Shown here piece after piece: positions 19,416-30,090 of a DNA stretch of 64,000 nucleotides. Both the position numbers and the translations under genes were made by a program. The notes below the pieces were generated by a model. The model was given only the letters and a program-made list of their open reading frames with translations, made no database searches and had not been told where the DNA came from. Each line of letters opens with the position of its first letter. Position 1 is the stretch's first letter. Source of the DNA: an uncultured Planctomycetota bacterium (GTDB taxonomy: Bacteria > Planctomycetota > Planctomycetia > Gemmatales > Gemmataceae); assembly GCA_963849325.1 (NCBI GenBank), contig CAWKHF010000007.1:160001-224000 (forward strand), read 5' to 3'.

Positions 19416-20810
19416 CTATTCCTTGCCGCCCGATGACGGTTTCGGCATCGGAATGAGTTGGCCGGTACTCGAGCCTGTGCCGCCGCGCAACGGCGTGGCA
19501 CGCGGGCGCGGCGGCTTGGCCGGCACTTCCGGCTCTGGTTCCAGCTCTTCCGGCGTGGCTTCCGGCTCCTTCGGCTGCGCCGCCTTCAAGGACAGCGAAA
19601 TGCGGCGCTGCTCGCGATCAACGCTCAGCACCTTCACTTGCACTTCCTGCCCCTCCTTCACGATGTCGCCGACGCGGAAAACGCGCTGCGGCGCCAACTC
19701 GGAAATGTGGATCAGCCCCTCGATGGCCGGCTCCAACTCCACGAAGGCGCCGAAGTCCATCAACCGCGACACCTTGCCGGAGACGACTTCGCCGACGTGA
19801 TACTTCTCGGACACATTGTCCCACGGACTCGCCGTCAGTTGCTTGAGTCCCAGGCTGATTTTGCGGTGCTCGCGATCGATCTTGAGCACGACCACCTTAA
19901 TCGATTGTCCCGGCTGCACGACGGTGGCAGCGTCCTTGACGCGCTGCCAACTCATCTCGCTGACGTGCAGCAGGCCGTCCACGCCGCCCACATCGACGAA
20001 GGCGCCGAAGTCCTTGACGGAGCGCACGATCCCCTGCCGAACCTGCCCCTCGGCCAACTCGTTCCACGTCTTTTCGCGCATCTCCTCGCGCTGTTTCTCC
20101 AGTAGGGCGCGGCGGCTGACGACGAGGTTGCGCTCGACAACGTCTACCTCGGTCACCAGGCAGAGCAGGCGCTGGTTGACGAATTGTTCGGCGTCCTCGA
20201 CGCGGTAGAGGTCGATCTGACTGATGGGCATGAAGCCGCGGATGCCGTTGACATCGACCGAGAGTCCTCCCTTGTTGGTGGCGGTGACGCGGGCCTCGAC
20301 GGTCATGCCGACGGCGACGCTGGACCAATCGGCCTCGACCGCCGCTCCCTCGCGCGACAAGAGCAGAACGCCGTTGGCGTGATCGAAGCCCTCGATGGTG
20401 ACGTCGATCTCGGTGCCCAGCGCCGGCGGTCCCTCGGGGAACTGCAGCAGCGGCAAGACGCCCTGCGTCCGGCCGCCGGGCAGGTCGATGAAAACGTCCT
20501 GATCGTGGATGCGGAAGACCTTGCCCTTTTTGGGTCCGGCGTCGGCGGCGGAGCGTTCGCGGCGAGCCGGTTCGGCGTAGAGGTCCTTGTCGGACATACC
20601 GGACATCGCTTCTTGTAATTCGCGCTCCATCTCCTCGTCGAAGGCGTCGATCTTCTTGCCGAAGCCGTAGGATTGCTCGTGTTGCAGCGACGGCACCGAT
20701 CCGCCGCGCTGCGGCGGTTTCTCGCGCGGCGGCTTCTTCGAGGCCGGCGGTTCGGCGGGCGCTTCGGTGGGGGGAGACGTGGGCTGGGTGGGTTTCTCGG
20801 CGTCGCTCAT
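19416..20810 (-). CDS. rpsA: 30S ribosomal protein S1-like protein (four S1 domains)
   Basis: NKGGLSVDVNGIRGFMPISQI; KDFGAFVDVGGVDGLLHVSEMSW; MDFGAFVELEPAIEGLIHISEL; RRISLSLK. Confidence 0.8.
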   Translation of the reverse strand: MSDAEKPTQPTSPPTEAPAEPPASKKPPREKPPQRGGSVPSLQHEQSYGFGKKIDAFDEEMERELQEAMSGMSDKDLYAEPARRERSAADAGPKKGKVFRIHDQDVFIDLPGGRTQGVLPLLQFPEGPPALGTEIDVTIEGFDHANGVLLLSREGAAVEADWSSVAVGMTVEARVTATNKGGLSVDVNGIRGFMPISQIDLYRVEDAEQFVNQRLLCLVTEVDVVERNLVVSRRALLEKQREEMREKTWNELAEGQVRQGIVRSVKDFGAFVDVGGVDGLLHVSEMSWQRVKDAATVVQPGQSIKVVVLKIDREHRKISLGLKQLTASPWDNVSEKYHVGEVVSGKVSRLMDFGAFVELEPAIEGLIHISELAPQRVFRVGDIVKEGQEVQVKVLSVDREQRRISLSLKAAQPKEPEATPEELEPEPEVPAKPPRPRATPLRGGTGSSTGQLIPMPKPSSGGKE

Positions 20811-21311
20811 CGTGTTCACCTTGCGCGAAAGGGCGGAAAAAACAGGGCCGCGAGCGTCCCGGTCGTTTCAAGAATGCCAGGACACGTGAGGACTCCGATG
20901 CTCCGTATCATCACGAATGGGAGCAAAGGGTCTCCCCATGCCTTCGTATCATTGTACCATTACGCCCGCTGTCGTCCGCTCCGTCGCTCCTTCTGCGCTG
21001 GAAGCTCTCCGTCCACTTGCCGCTGCGAAGGCGAAACCGCGAGCCCGGGAAGTGAGACGTTGCTCTCCGCAAAGGCGATAATTCTCCTGCGACTCGCCTC
21101 GACCTTCCATCCTGCCCTCTTTCTCCGCCTTCTTTCTGTTCGGTAAGCCTCCCGTTGGGAATCCAGGTATTAGAGTGGAACAAGTGAGAATCGTAAGACG
21201 CCGCACCCGGCGCGGAAGAGCAAGATGCTTTCTCCGTCCAAGGTGCGCGTGGACCAGGCGAGGCTCCCCAATATCGCCTCGCTTCCCCTTATCTCTCCTG
21301 GAGACCCTTTC

Positions 21312-21773
21312 ATGTTCCGTCACCTGTTCCGTTCTCGTAAAGAAACTCGGCCCACGCGTCCGGTCTTCCGGCCGGCCCTGGAAAACCTGGAGAGCCGTGA
21401 GGTCCCGACCAATGTGGCTCAAGTAAGTGCGGCCTTGCAGGAGTTGCCTGGGGCCATCAACAACCTGGGCATAAACATCGCGGCCCAAAACGTCAAGAAC
21501 GGCGAGGCCAACTTCAACATTATCCGTAACAACGTCCAAACGCTCAGCAACAACGCCATCTTCTTCGCCCCCGGCCCGCGCTTGCAGATCGACACCGCTC
21601 TGTTCACGGGCGGTTTCCAGCTGTATCAGGATTCCTTTCAGCTCCTCCAGCTTGGTGATCAGCAAGACGCGAACCTGGTGGCCCAGGTTGGCGTTCAAGC
21701 GGTCCTGGGCGGCTACTTCGACTACCTGGCGATGTCCAACGGTATCAGCAAGGGCAACTTGACCCTGTCGTAG
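21312..21773 (+). CDS. Small protein with the planctomycete extracellular (LExRxxP) N-terminal motif
   Basis: MFRHLFRSRKETRPTRPVFRPALENLESREVP then an Asn/Gln/Ala-rich region. Confidence 0.7.
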   Translation: MFRHLFRSRKETRPTRPVFRPALENLESREVPTNVAQVSAALQELPGAINNLGINIAAQNVKNGEANFNIIRNNVQTLSNNAIFFAPGPRLQIDTALFTGGFQLYQDSFQLLQLGDQQDANLVAQVGVQAVLGGYFDYLAMSNGISKGNLTLS

Positions 21774-21789
21774 ACGCTGGGACCGAGTT

Positions 21790-21842
21790 GAGCCGCGACC
21801 GTCGGGGAGCGATTGCGGATCGCTCCCCAACGGTCGCGGCTC
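21790..21842. repeat. Palindromic repeat, family C
   Basis: GAGCCGCGACCGTCGGGGAGCGAT-loop-ATCGCTCCCCAACGGTCGCGGCTC; half copy near 51893-51916 and a relative at 63595. Confidence 0.8.
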
Positions 21843-21958
21843 GGACGTCGTCCGAGGACCGATGCTCTCTCCGCGTGGTGGCGGCGGCCGAACGTTCCTG
21901 CTAACATAATTTCTTTGGACCGCCACGCCCGCCCCCCGACGCACCCGCGGAGCCGGTC

Positions 21959-23137
21959 ATGGACCCCGTTCTTTTCGACGAACTCGAACGCACCCTCGGC
22001 GCCGAGGGAGCGGACGCCGCCATCGACCGCCTGTGTGATCGGCTGCGTCAGCAGAAGGACTACAGCAGTCTGTTTTACGCCCTGCTGATGCGCAAGCGCC
22101 GGCAGCTGGGCGTCTCGCCCATCCCGACCGGGCCGGCCCAGGAGCTGCCGGAGAACACGCACGCCGACTACGAAGAGTCCATCCGTCAGGCTGCCCGTGA
22201 GGTCGGTCGGCTGTTTTTGCAGGACGGGCAGCTGCCGCAAGCGTGGGCGTACTTCCGCATGCTCAACGAGCCGGAACCTCTGCGCCAGGCGCTCGAGGCG
22301 TACCAGCCCCGAGAGGACGAAGACCTGCAATCGCTGGTGCAAATCGCCTTCTATGAGGGCGTCCATCCGAACAAGGGCTTCGACTGGGTGTTGCAGCGCT
22401 TCGGCCTGTGCAGCGCCATTACCACCCTGAGCAGTCAAGAACTGCCGCATCCCCCGGAGGCGCGGCAATACTGCATCCAGGCCCTGATCCGCGCCTTGCA
22501 CGCCGAGCTGCGCGACCGCCTCACCGCGGACATCGAGCGCCACGACGGTCGGCCGCCCGCCGAGGCCGACACTCCGCCGAATACGGTCGGCGTCATCCGC
22601 AAGCTTCTCGCCGGCCGCGATTGGCTGTTCGCCGACGACTCCTATCACATCGACCTGTCGCACCTGTCCAGCGTGGCGCAGATGAGCATGAACCTGACGC
22701 CGTGCGACGAACTGGAGATGGCACGCGAGCTGTGCGCCTACGGTCAAAGCTTGTCCGGTCGCTTCGTCAACCCCGGCGACCCGCCCTTCGAGGACCAGTA
22801 TCGCGCCATCGGCATTTACCTGGCCATCCTGACCGGCGAGAACGTCGAAGAAGGGTTGGACTATTTTCGCGCTCAGGCCGAGCAGGCCGATCCCGAGACG
22901 GTCGGCACCTACCCGGCGCAGGTGCTGGTGAATCTGCTTCTGCGGCTGGACCGGCCGACGGAGGCGCTGGCCGTGGCGCGGAAGTACCTCGCCGCCGCCG
23001 ACAATCGGCAGCTGTCGTGTCCGAGCATCGTGGATTTGTGCCAGAAGGTGGGCGATTATCGGACACTGGCCGAGGTGGCGAAGGAGCAGGGCGACCCGGT
23101 ACATTTTCTGGCGGGATTGCTGGCCTCGCGTCCGTAG
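21959..23137 (+). CDS. Alpha-helical hypothetical protein
   Basis: Intact 392-aa ORF with RBS GGAG and host-like codon usage; no family recognised. Confidence 0.75.
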   Translation: MDPVLFDELERTLGAEGADAAIDRLCDRLRQQKDYSSLFYALLMRKRRQLGVSPIPTGPAQELPENTHADYEESIRQAAREVGRLFLQDGQLPQAWAYFRMLNEPEPLRQALEAYQPREDEDLQSLVQIAFYEGVHPNKGFDWVLQRFGLCSAITTLSSQELPHPPEARQYCIQALIRALHAELRDRLTADIERHDGRPPAEADTPPNTVGVIRKLLAGRDWLFADDSYHIDLSHLSSVAQMSMNLTPCDELEMARELCAYGQSLSGRFVNPGDPPFEDQYRAIGIYLAILTGENVEEGLDYFRAQAEQADPETVGTYPAQVLVNLLLRLDRPTEALAVARKYLAAADNRQLSCPSIVDLCQKVGDYRTLAEVAKEQGDPVHFLAGLLASRP

Positions 23138-23190
23138 CCGCCTGCGGCTTCGCGCCCGTGGAGCGTGAAGCCATAAGCGGCACCGAACGG

Positions 23191-23943
23191 TCACTCCTTG
23201 GCGACCTCCGCCATCAACTCTTCCGACATGTTCATGTCCGTAAAGACATTCTGCACGTCGTCGTGGTCGTCGAGGGCTTCGTGCAGGCGGAGAACCTTTT
23301 TGGCCGTCTCCAGATCGGCGTCGATCGGCGCCTTGGCCAGTTGGCTGATTTCGGACACGATGGTGGCGATGTTGTTCTTTTGCAGTGCTTCCTGCACCTT
23401 GGCGAAGTGCGACGGATCGCAGGTGATCTCGAAGGTGCTGCCGGCGCGCTTCAGGTCGTCGGCACCGGCGTCCAGGGCAATGCTCATAAGGGTGTCCTCG
23501 TCGGCGCCGAGGGCGTTGACGCTGAACAGACCCTTGCGCTCGAAGCGGAAGGCGACGTTGCCGGCGCTGCCCATCTTGCCGCCGCCGCGCTCGAAAATCT
23601 TGCGGATCTCGCCGGCGGTGCGGTTGCGGTTGTCGGTGACGACATCGACCAAAAAGGCGACGCCGCCCGGACCAATGCCCTCGTAGGTGATCTCCTCGAA
23701 GACCAGCCCCTCGACTTCGCCGGTGCCACGCTTGATGGCGCGTTCGATGTTGTCCTTGGGCATGCTGACCTGCCGCGCCTTGTCGATGGCGTAGCGCAGC
23801 TTGAGGTTCATGTTCGGGTCGCCGCCGCCGTGGCGGGCGGCGATGATGATCGCCCGGCTGAGCTTGCTCCACAGCTTGCCCCGCTTGGCGTCGACGGCCC
23901 CCTTCTTATGCTTGATCGTCGCCCAGTGGGAATGGCCGGACAT
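23191..23943 (-). CDS. yebC: YebC/PmpR family protein
   Basis: MSGHSHWATIKHKKGAVDAKRGKLWSKL; YEGIGPGG; TDNRNRT; LDDHDDVQNVF. Confidence 0.95.
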   Translation of the reverse strand: MSGHSHWATIKHKKGAVDAKRGKLWSKLSRAIIIAARHGGGDPNMNLKLRYAIDKARQVSMPKDNIERAIKRGTGEVEGLVFEEITYEGIGPGGVAFLVDVVTDNRNRTAGEIRKIFERGGGKMGSAGNVAFRFERKGLFSVNALGADEDTLMSIALDAGADDLKRAGSTFEITCDPSHFAKVQEALQKNNIATIVSEISQLAKAPIDADLETAKKVLRLHEALDDHDDVQNVFTDMNMSEELMAEVAKE

Positions 23944-23960
23944 GGCGTCTCCTTCTTCAT

Positions 23961-24016
23961 CAGTTGTCAGTTGTCAGTATCGCTTACTGACAACTGACAA
24001 CTGACAACTGACAACT
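23961..24016. repeat. Inverted heptamer tandem repeat (TTGTCAG)n / (CTGACAA)n
   Basis: CAGTTGTCAGTTGTCAGTA-TCGCT-TACTGACAACTGACAACTGACAACTGACAACT. Confidence 0.85.
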
Positions 24017-24026
24017 CTGGATTGAT

Positions 24027-26345
24027 TCATGGTGTCAGGAGGCGAAGTTTCTCCTTGATCTCCCGGTAGCGTTCGTCGGGCCGGCGGCGTCCGCCCGACT
24101 CGTACAGTTCGATGGCCTTTTTCCAGGCCTGGCCGGCCTTGGCGATGTCCTTGAGACGGAAGCAAACGTCGCCGAGGTGGTCCCAGACAACCGGGTCGTC
24201 GTCGCCGTTGGGCAGCGAGCAGGCTCGCTCCAGCTCACGGCGGGCGCCGGTCCAGTCGCCCTTGCGGAACAGCACCCAGCCCAGGCTATCGACGAAAGCG
24301 GCGTTGTCGCGGTCGCTGTCCAGGCTGACCCGCGTGCTCTTGTCGCTCTGCCGCTGCCGGCGGTCCAGCTCCAGCGCTTTGCGAATGCGCTTCTCCGCCT
24401 CCTCCAGGTTCTTGTTCCGATCCGCCCACAGATAGCCCAGGTCGTTGTTGGCCGTGGCGTCGTCGGGGTCGTCCTTGAGGATCAGCAACAACTGCTCCTC
24501 AGCCTTGTCGTGCTGATGGACGGCGGAATAGATCGCCGACAACTCCGAGCGAATCGTGTGGACGTCTCCGGGTTGATTATACTCGCTCAAGAGTGTCTGA
24601 CACTCGGCGATGGCCTGTTCGGTCTTGTCAGCCTGGCGAAGAAGCTCGGCGCGTTCGAGGCGGCAGCGCAGGGCGGTGTCGCGGGCGGCGGCGGTCTTGA
24701 CGGCCTCGTCGGCGGCCTCCAGCGACTCGCGGACGTGGCCCAGGGCCATGTGCGCCAGAGCCAACTCGCGGAGAAAGAGCAGCCGATTGGTGTTCTTGGC
24801 CGTGTTCAGCCCCTGATTGCACAGGGCGATGATGGCCTCGTTCTTGTGGGCCAAGGCCAGCACCAGGAGCAGGCCGGAGTAAACCTCGTGTTCGTTGTCG
24901 CGGACGTTGAAGCCGCCGGGAGCACGCCCCAGGCAACTGCGGTACAGCGCCTCGGCGGCGTCGAGCTGGCGCGTCCGCGCCGCCAGGTTGGCCAGCATCA
25001 ACCGCGTCGCATACGACAGGCCGGGTCGAAACAACAGACGCTGCCGGGCGGCCGGCAGCAGGAACTTGACCAGCTCGGCGTCGTCGCGCAGCACGACCAG
25101 CATGGCGCGAGCGTGTCCGGCGGCGCGCTGGGCCGCCTCTTTGCGTTCCTCCTCCTGTCGTGCCGTCTCCGGGGCAGCGCCGTCCGCCTTCTTGTCGCCG
25201 ACCGACTCGGTGGCCTTGCTCAGTGCTCCGTCCAGCTGCGTCAGCAGTCGCTCCGCTCCCCGCTGCCGATCTTCCTGATACAGTCCGAACAGACCGCGAT
25301 ACACCTCCGGCGTCGGCGATTCCTGGAGCAGACGTTTGTAGATCGGCTCGGCTTGCTGCTGTCGGCCGGCCCGGCGATACTCGCGCGCAACAGAAGCTGC
25401 AACGCGACGTTGTTGCGATCGGCCAGGGCCGATTTCTCCAGCGACGGCACGACGTCGGCATCGCGGCCCAGCTGGCGCTGCACCTTGATGCGCAGCTCGT
25501 AGCCGTCCATGCCCTGCGGCTGCGAACGCAGGTACTGCTCGATCTGGGTCAGCGCCTGGCCCGGCTGTCCCTGCTCGACGTAAACCTCGGCCAGGTTGAA
25601 CGACAGCCGAGCCGAGCGTGGCCGGTCCTTCTGCATGGCCTTCTGAAAGGCCACGACGGCCGCCTCGATCCGTTTACCCTTCAAGCAGACACGGCCGAGG
25701 TGTTCGTAGGTCTCGGCCGCCTGCGCGTCGATCTCGTCGCGGTTGAACGGCCCCTGTTCCATCAGTGCTTCGGGGTTATCGAGAATGGCCGTCACCTCGC
25801 GCAAGCTTCTTCTCGGCCTTGCCCAGTTCGCCCGCCTCCTCCTGAAGGATGCCGAGGTCGTAGAACACCTGGGCGCGGACCTCCAGGCGGTCCTTCAATC
25901 CCGGACAGGCGGCCGTCCGCGCCAGCACGGCGCGAGCTTCCTTGGTCTGTCCGAGGGCGCGAAGCTGGCGAGCATAGCGGTAGCCGGTCTCGAAGTCGTC
26001 CGGCTCCAGTTCGAGGACGCGGCGACAACTGGCCAGAGCGTCATCGCCGCGATCCAGGGCGGTGTACAAAGAGATGAGCGTGCGATGGATGGCCGCCGAA
26101 TCCGGGTCCAGACGCCGCGCCTCCTCGAAGGTGTGCGTTGCCTCGACAAGGCGGTTGGCGTGCTGTTGAATCACACCCAGGCCGTAGAGCTTGACGGCTT
26201 CGAGGTGGTCCAGCTCCTGGCGCGTGGCCGGCTTGAGCGGGACGTGACGCGCGGGCGGATCGGTCTCCGGCGGCGCCTGGGCCGACAACGCCGACATTCC
26301 CACCAACAGTAAACCCGCCACGGACGAGGAAACGAGCCGCGACAT
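24027..26345 (-). CDS. Secreted tetratricopeptide repeat protein (frameshifts near 25800 and 25350)
   Basis: Signal MSRLVSSSVAGLLLVGMSALSAQA; TPRs; C-terminal ANNDLGYLWADRNKNLEEA...FVDSLGWVLFRKG...WDHLGD. Confidence 0.85.
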
Positions 26346-26592
26346 GGTTTTTATGTACCTCCCGCTCCTGTCCGCCCTCGGTCCTTCCTCGACCGCGGGC
26401 CGTTCGCCGGAAGTCCCGGCGCGGAAGGATTGTACACGGATCGGCCAAGATTTCCTAGCGGGGATCGAGCGAAGGTGCTTCGACGGCTTGATATTTCCCA
26501 TCGGCGGGAGTGCGGAAGATCCCAAGGTAGCCGGCCTGGGCGATGCGTCGCTAGCCAGACGCTCCGCATATTCGTCCACCACCCGCCGCACG

Positions 26593-26736
26593 TCACCAGT
26601 CGGAGGGGAGAGGATGGCCATCATCGGGCACGAGGGCCATCCACCAGGTATTGGGACTCATGCCCTTGGAGCAGAAGCGCACGCTGCCGTCTCCCAGGGC
26701 CGCCACGATGCCTCCAGTGTGCCCACTGCTGGCCAC
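26593..26736 (-). pseudogene. C-terminal remnant of a DUF1559 gene
   Basis: VASSGHTGGIVAALGDGSVRF...WWMALVPDDGHPLPSDW* (H-x9-DG motif) with no N-terminus. Confidence 0.8.
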
Positions 26737-26739
26737 CTC

Positions 26740-26909
26740 CTGGCGGCGTCGAAGCGTGCGAGGCGTTCGATCCAGGCTTGCCGAACGGCGTCGCGTGAAC
26801 AGGGTGCGGTGGGTGCAGGAGCGGGTTCGGTCATGGGAGGTCTTCGTGTTTGGTGGCAAGACCTCGATGGTAACCAACTCGTCAATCACGCGATTCGTCG
26901 GGTGCGTAC
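26740..26909 (-). mobile_element. IS66-like remnant: left end plus truncated tnpA
   Basis: Minus strand begins GTACGCACCCGACGAATC (resembles IS66 GTAAGCG..CG.CGAA ends), followed by MTEPAPAPTAPCSRDAVRQAWIERLARF, like IS66 TnpA N-termini. Confidence 0.45.
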
Positions 26910-26993
26910 CCTGTGCGTTCAAATTGGCACGGTTTGGCCAAATAATTGACACGAAACCAGCCGTTTGCACCTCACCAGTCAGCGGGGAGCGCT

Positions 26994-27947
26994 TTACCAA
27001 TCCGCGGGCAGGGGGAGGCCGTCGTTGGCCACCATAGCGATGTTGAAGGTGTTCTGACTGATGCCTTGGCTGACGACGCGCACGCTGGCATCGCCGAGGC
27101 CAACCAGCAAGGCGTTGGTGTGGCTGCTGGACGGCCAATAAAAGAAGCAGTCGTTACTGTTGGTGACGTTGAACTGTGGCTGAATGCTGGGCGACAGGCC
27201 CGGGAGGCTGCCCGCAGTCATTTTTTTTCCCCAGTAGGTCTTGGCGGCATCAAAGGGCGCACCGACAACGGGACAATCGAATCCGACCCCCGATGCCCAG
27301 TGATTGGTCGCATAAGTCCCTGCCGGGCAGTATGCCGTTCGCTCGGTCCAGAAAATGGTGTTGGACAAGCCATCGGGAATGTCGCTCTGGATCTTGCAGC
27401 TTCCCCTGGACTGGACCCTGGTAACGTTCGTGGTCTTCGGCTTCACCGATGCTTTGCCGAAGACCTGAGCGTTGGCGCCGTAGGAGACGAGGCTGCCCAG
27501 AGTTTCCCCTCTGGCGGACATGGCTGCCGTGAGCGTGACATCGCTGGGACACTGCAAGCCCTTGATGACCGAGGGGGAACCTGTACCGTAGTTGAAAGGC
27601 TTGTCGTAACTTCCCTGTTGGACGACCGCGTCGTACAACGCTTGCTGCTCCAGGTAGGGAAACAACCAAAACAGGGCCGACATCTGAAGGGCACCAGAGG
27701 GGACGGGCCACTTGAACGGGTAGCATGAGTGAGGCGGCGGCAGGTAGCCTTGGTTCGCGTCGGTGCAGTTGTGGGTGGCCAGGCCGATCTGTCGGAGATT
27801 ATTCATGCACTGAGCGCGAGCGGCGGCCGCGCGGACTTTCTGGATGGCGGGCAAAATGATGGCCAAGAGCGTGCCGATGATGGCGGTCACTACCAGCAGT
27901 TCAATCAGCGAATAGCCGTGACGGTGCAGCTCGTGATGTTTTCGCAT
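26994..27947 (-). CDS. DUF1559 prepilin-type N-terminal cleavage protein
   Basis: G/YSLIELLVVTAIIGTLLAIILPAIQKVRAAAARAQCMNNLRQIGLA; CPSD; DGLSNTI; SSSHTNALLVGLGDASVR. Confidence 0.92.
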   Translation of the reverse strand: MRKHHELHRHGYSLIELLVVTAIIGTLLAIILPAIQKVRAAAARAQCMNNLRQIGLATHNCTDANQGYLPPPHSCYPFKWPVPSGALQMSALFWLFPYLEQQALYDAVVQQGSYDKPFNYGTGSPSVIKGLQCPSDVTLTAAMSARGETLGSLVSYGANAQVFGKASVKPKTTNVTRVQSRGSCKIQSDIPDGLSNTIFWTERTAYCPAGTYATNHWASGVGFDCPVVGAPFDAAKTYWGKKMTAGSLPGLSPSIQPQFNVTNSNDCFFYWPSSSHTNALLVGLGDASVRVVSQGISQNTFNIAMVANDGLPLPADW

Positions 27948-27975
27948 GGCAATGCCCTCTGGAGGGTGGCGTGCT

Positions 27976-28750
27976 TCAGTCTCTCTTCTTCGACGCCAAC
28001 CAGTCGTAGAGTCCCTTGGGATCGTAAGCCTCATGCCGAGATCTCATGCCCACCGTCCCGCACCTCCGTGTAACGCACGTCGGCTTTGGCTTCCCGGAGC
28101 TGTTTTACGAGGTCGCGCTCGCGCTTGACGGGGGCCTGTTTGTCTTTGGCTGCGTGAAAGATCCAGGCGGGGATGTGTCGCACCTTGGCTACATCCGGGC
28201 TGATGAAGGAGCTGACCGGGACGACGGCCGCCCATTTGTCCGGATAAGCCTCTGCCAATCGCCAGACGCCCATGCCGCCATTGGAGATGCCAGTCAGGTA
28301 GACCCGCGTTGGATCAATGTGATGGCGGCGGATGACATAGTCCAGCGCCGTCATGGTGTCCTCGACCTCAGCGCTTCCCGTCTCCCATTTTCCCGTCGGA
28401 TCAATGGGGAAGAAGGCGACGAATGGAAACGAACCGTTGGGCTTGTTAGGGCCGAATGAATTGGAGATGGACAGGGGAAGTCCAGCTTTGAAGAGCCGCG
28501 CCTTTGTCTTTTCTCCGTAACCGTGCAAATAGACGATGAGGGGAAACGGTCCCTTCTCCTTCTGGAAATGCGGTGGAACGTACAGGCCGTAGGATACCAG
28601 CTCGGCGTCCAACGGCGTGCCTTTATTGTACTGGCCCAGATAGAACCCCGGCGGCATAAAGGACGCGGCCTCTTCGTGGGAGAGGTTCGCGTAAAGCTCG
28701 CTGGCGATGGGGTACAGACAAAACAGCACCACAAGGACGAATGCACCCAT
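27976..28750 (-). CDS. Alpha/beta hydrolase (predicted peptidase/esterase); 5' end abuts the IS
   Basis: PLIVYLHGYGE; IDPTRVYLTGISNGG nucleophile; WIFHAAKD; GGH. A 1-nt shift near 28037 restores WHEAYDPKGLYDWLASKKRD*. Confidence 0.85.
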
Positions 28751-28764
28751 CGCCACATCCAGCT

Positions 28765-30090
28765 TCAGTAGTTTCCGGTGAGTGTGAATCATGATACCAT
28801 GCCCCAACTCATTCATACATCCGATGTTCCGTGGCGATTTCATCGTGGATACCCAAGCGTGCTTCGGCCCAGTGTTGCAACCACACCAGCATCTTGCGAA
28901 AGCTCAAACGCCCCAGATTGATCCGCCGACCGCCTCGCTGACGACGCGCCAACACCTGCCCATGCAACCACACCCAGACGTTGCGCAAGAGCAACGCCAC
29001 CCCCACGTACAACAAACGCAGCAGCGGATCGCGCGTGCAGGTCCGAATCCGCGCTTGGTGCATCTGACGGTAACTCGTCTCGATGGCGAACCGACTCCGA
29101 TACGTCTCCTTCACCCACGTGTACGACGACGGACGCAACGGCCCGCCGAAGGCATACACCAACGCCTCACGGCCATGCCGCCCCCGCTCGCCGCGACGGT
29201 TGCGACACTTGATACACACCCGGAACCGCGCCCGGCGTTTGGCGGCGTTGGTCATCGTGTACTCGGCCCAGCCGCTACGCTTGCGGCCGGCGAAAACCCG
29301 GCTGCCCGACGGTCCCTTGGGGTGGTCGGCCTTGCGCCGCGCAGCACCAACGGCATCAACCAGGCGTAGCGGGCATTCTGCAGGTAGCGGATGACGTCCA
29401 CGCTGCAAAAGCCGCGGTCCAACAGCAGATAACGCGGGCGGATGCCGGCCCGCGCCGCCTCACGCAGCAGCCGCTTGAGCACCTCCGGCATGGCGTCGTG
29501 GCGGGCCACCGGGGTGAGGGCAACGGTGAAGCGTCGGCCCTTCTGGATGACGTAGGCGGTGGCGTAGGCGTGGAAGTGGCTGGTGCCGCTCTTGGCTTGG
29601 CTGCGGTAGACCTCGTCGGCGTGGTGCAGGGGTCTGCCGTGGTAGGGGATGAGCACCAAGTCGATGGCCAAGGGCTGGCGGCGTCGGCGTAAGGCGTGGG
29701 GCAGGTCGCCTTGCAGGGCGCGGTTGAGGCGGCGTTGCAGTTCGGCGTAGTCAGGGAGGGTGGCGAGCAGGGCGTCGTGGGCGGCGGTGTCGGAGGGCGC
29801 GTCGCGGAGGGCGGCGCAGGCGGCGGCCAGAGAGATGATGCGGCTGGCGGCGTAGCAGAGGACGGCCCACAGGGTATCGGCTCGGCAGCGGGGGCCGTGG
29901 TCAGCCAGGCGGAGATATTGTTGCATCCGGGCGCTGACGTGGGCGTGGACGTGGGCGGGGGTGAGTGTATACTGCCGTTGTCGCATGGCTCCCTCCTGGA
30001 ATGTCCTTGGTGGTACAAGTCATTCTCAGGAGGAGCCTTGCGATTGTCTCCCTCACCCCTCCTCCCTCAGCCCGAACCGGAAACTACTGA
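28765..30090 (-). mobile_element. ISH3-family insertion sequence
   Basis: Perfect 15-bp terminal inverted repeats TCAGTAGTTTCCGGT (28765-28779) and ACCGGAAACTACTGA (30076-30090) enclosing a DDE transposase. Confidence 0.85.
28809..29986 (-). CDS. DDE transposase, ISH3-like (frameshift near 29340)
   Basis: LAIDLVLIPYHG; AKSGTSHFHAYAT; LLLDRGF; YRSRFAIETSYR. Confidence 0.9.

Noticed and set aside
21722-23997. Long ORFs of 716 aa (minus) and 529 aa (plus), and similar shadow ORFs elsewhere
   Set aside because: Arg/Pro/Gly-rich alternative-frame or antisense shadows of real genes in high-GC DNA.
28031-28050. Hydrolase truncated right after the catalytic His
   Set aside because: A one-base shift restores a normal C-terminal helix ending at 27976.
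28751-28843. N-terminal extension of the hydrolase ORF (MKSPRNIGC...)
   Set aside because: From 28765 onward it is read-through from inside the IS end.
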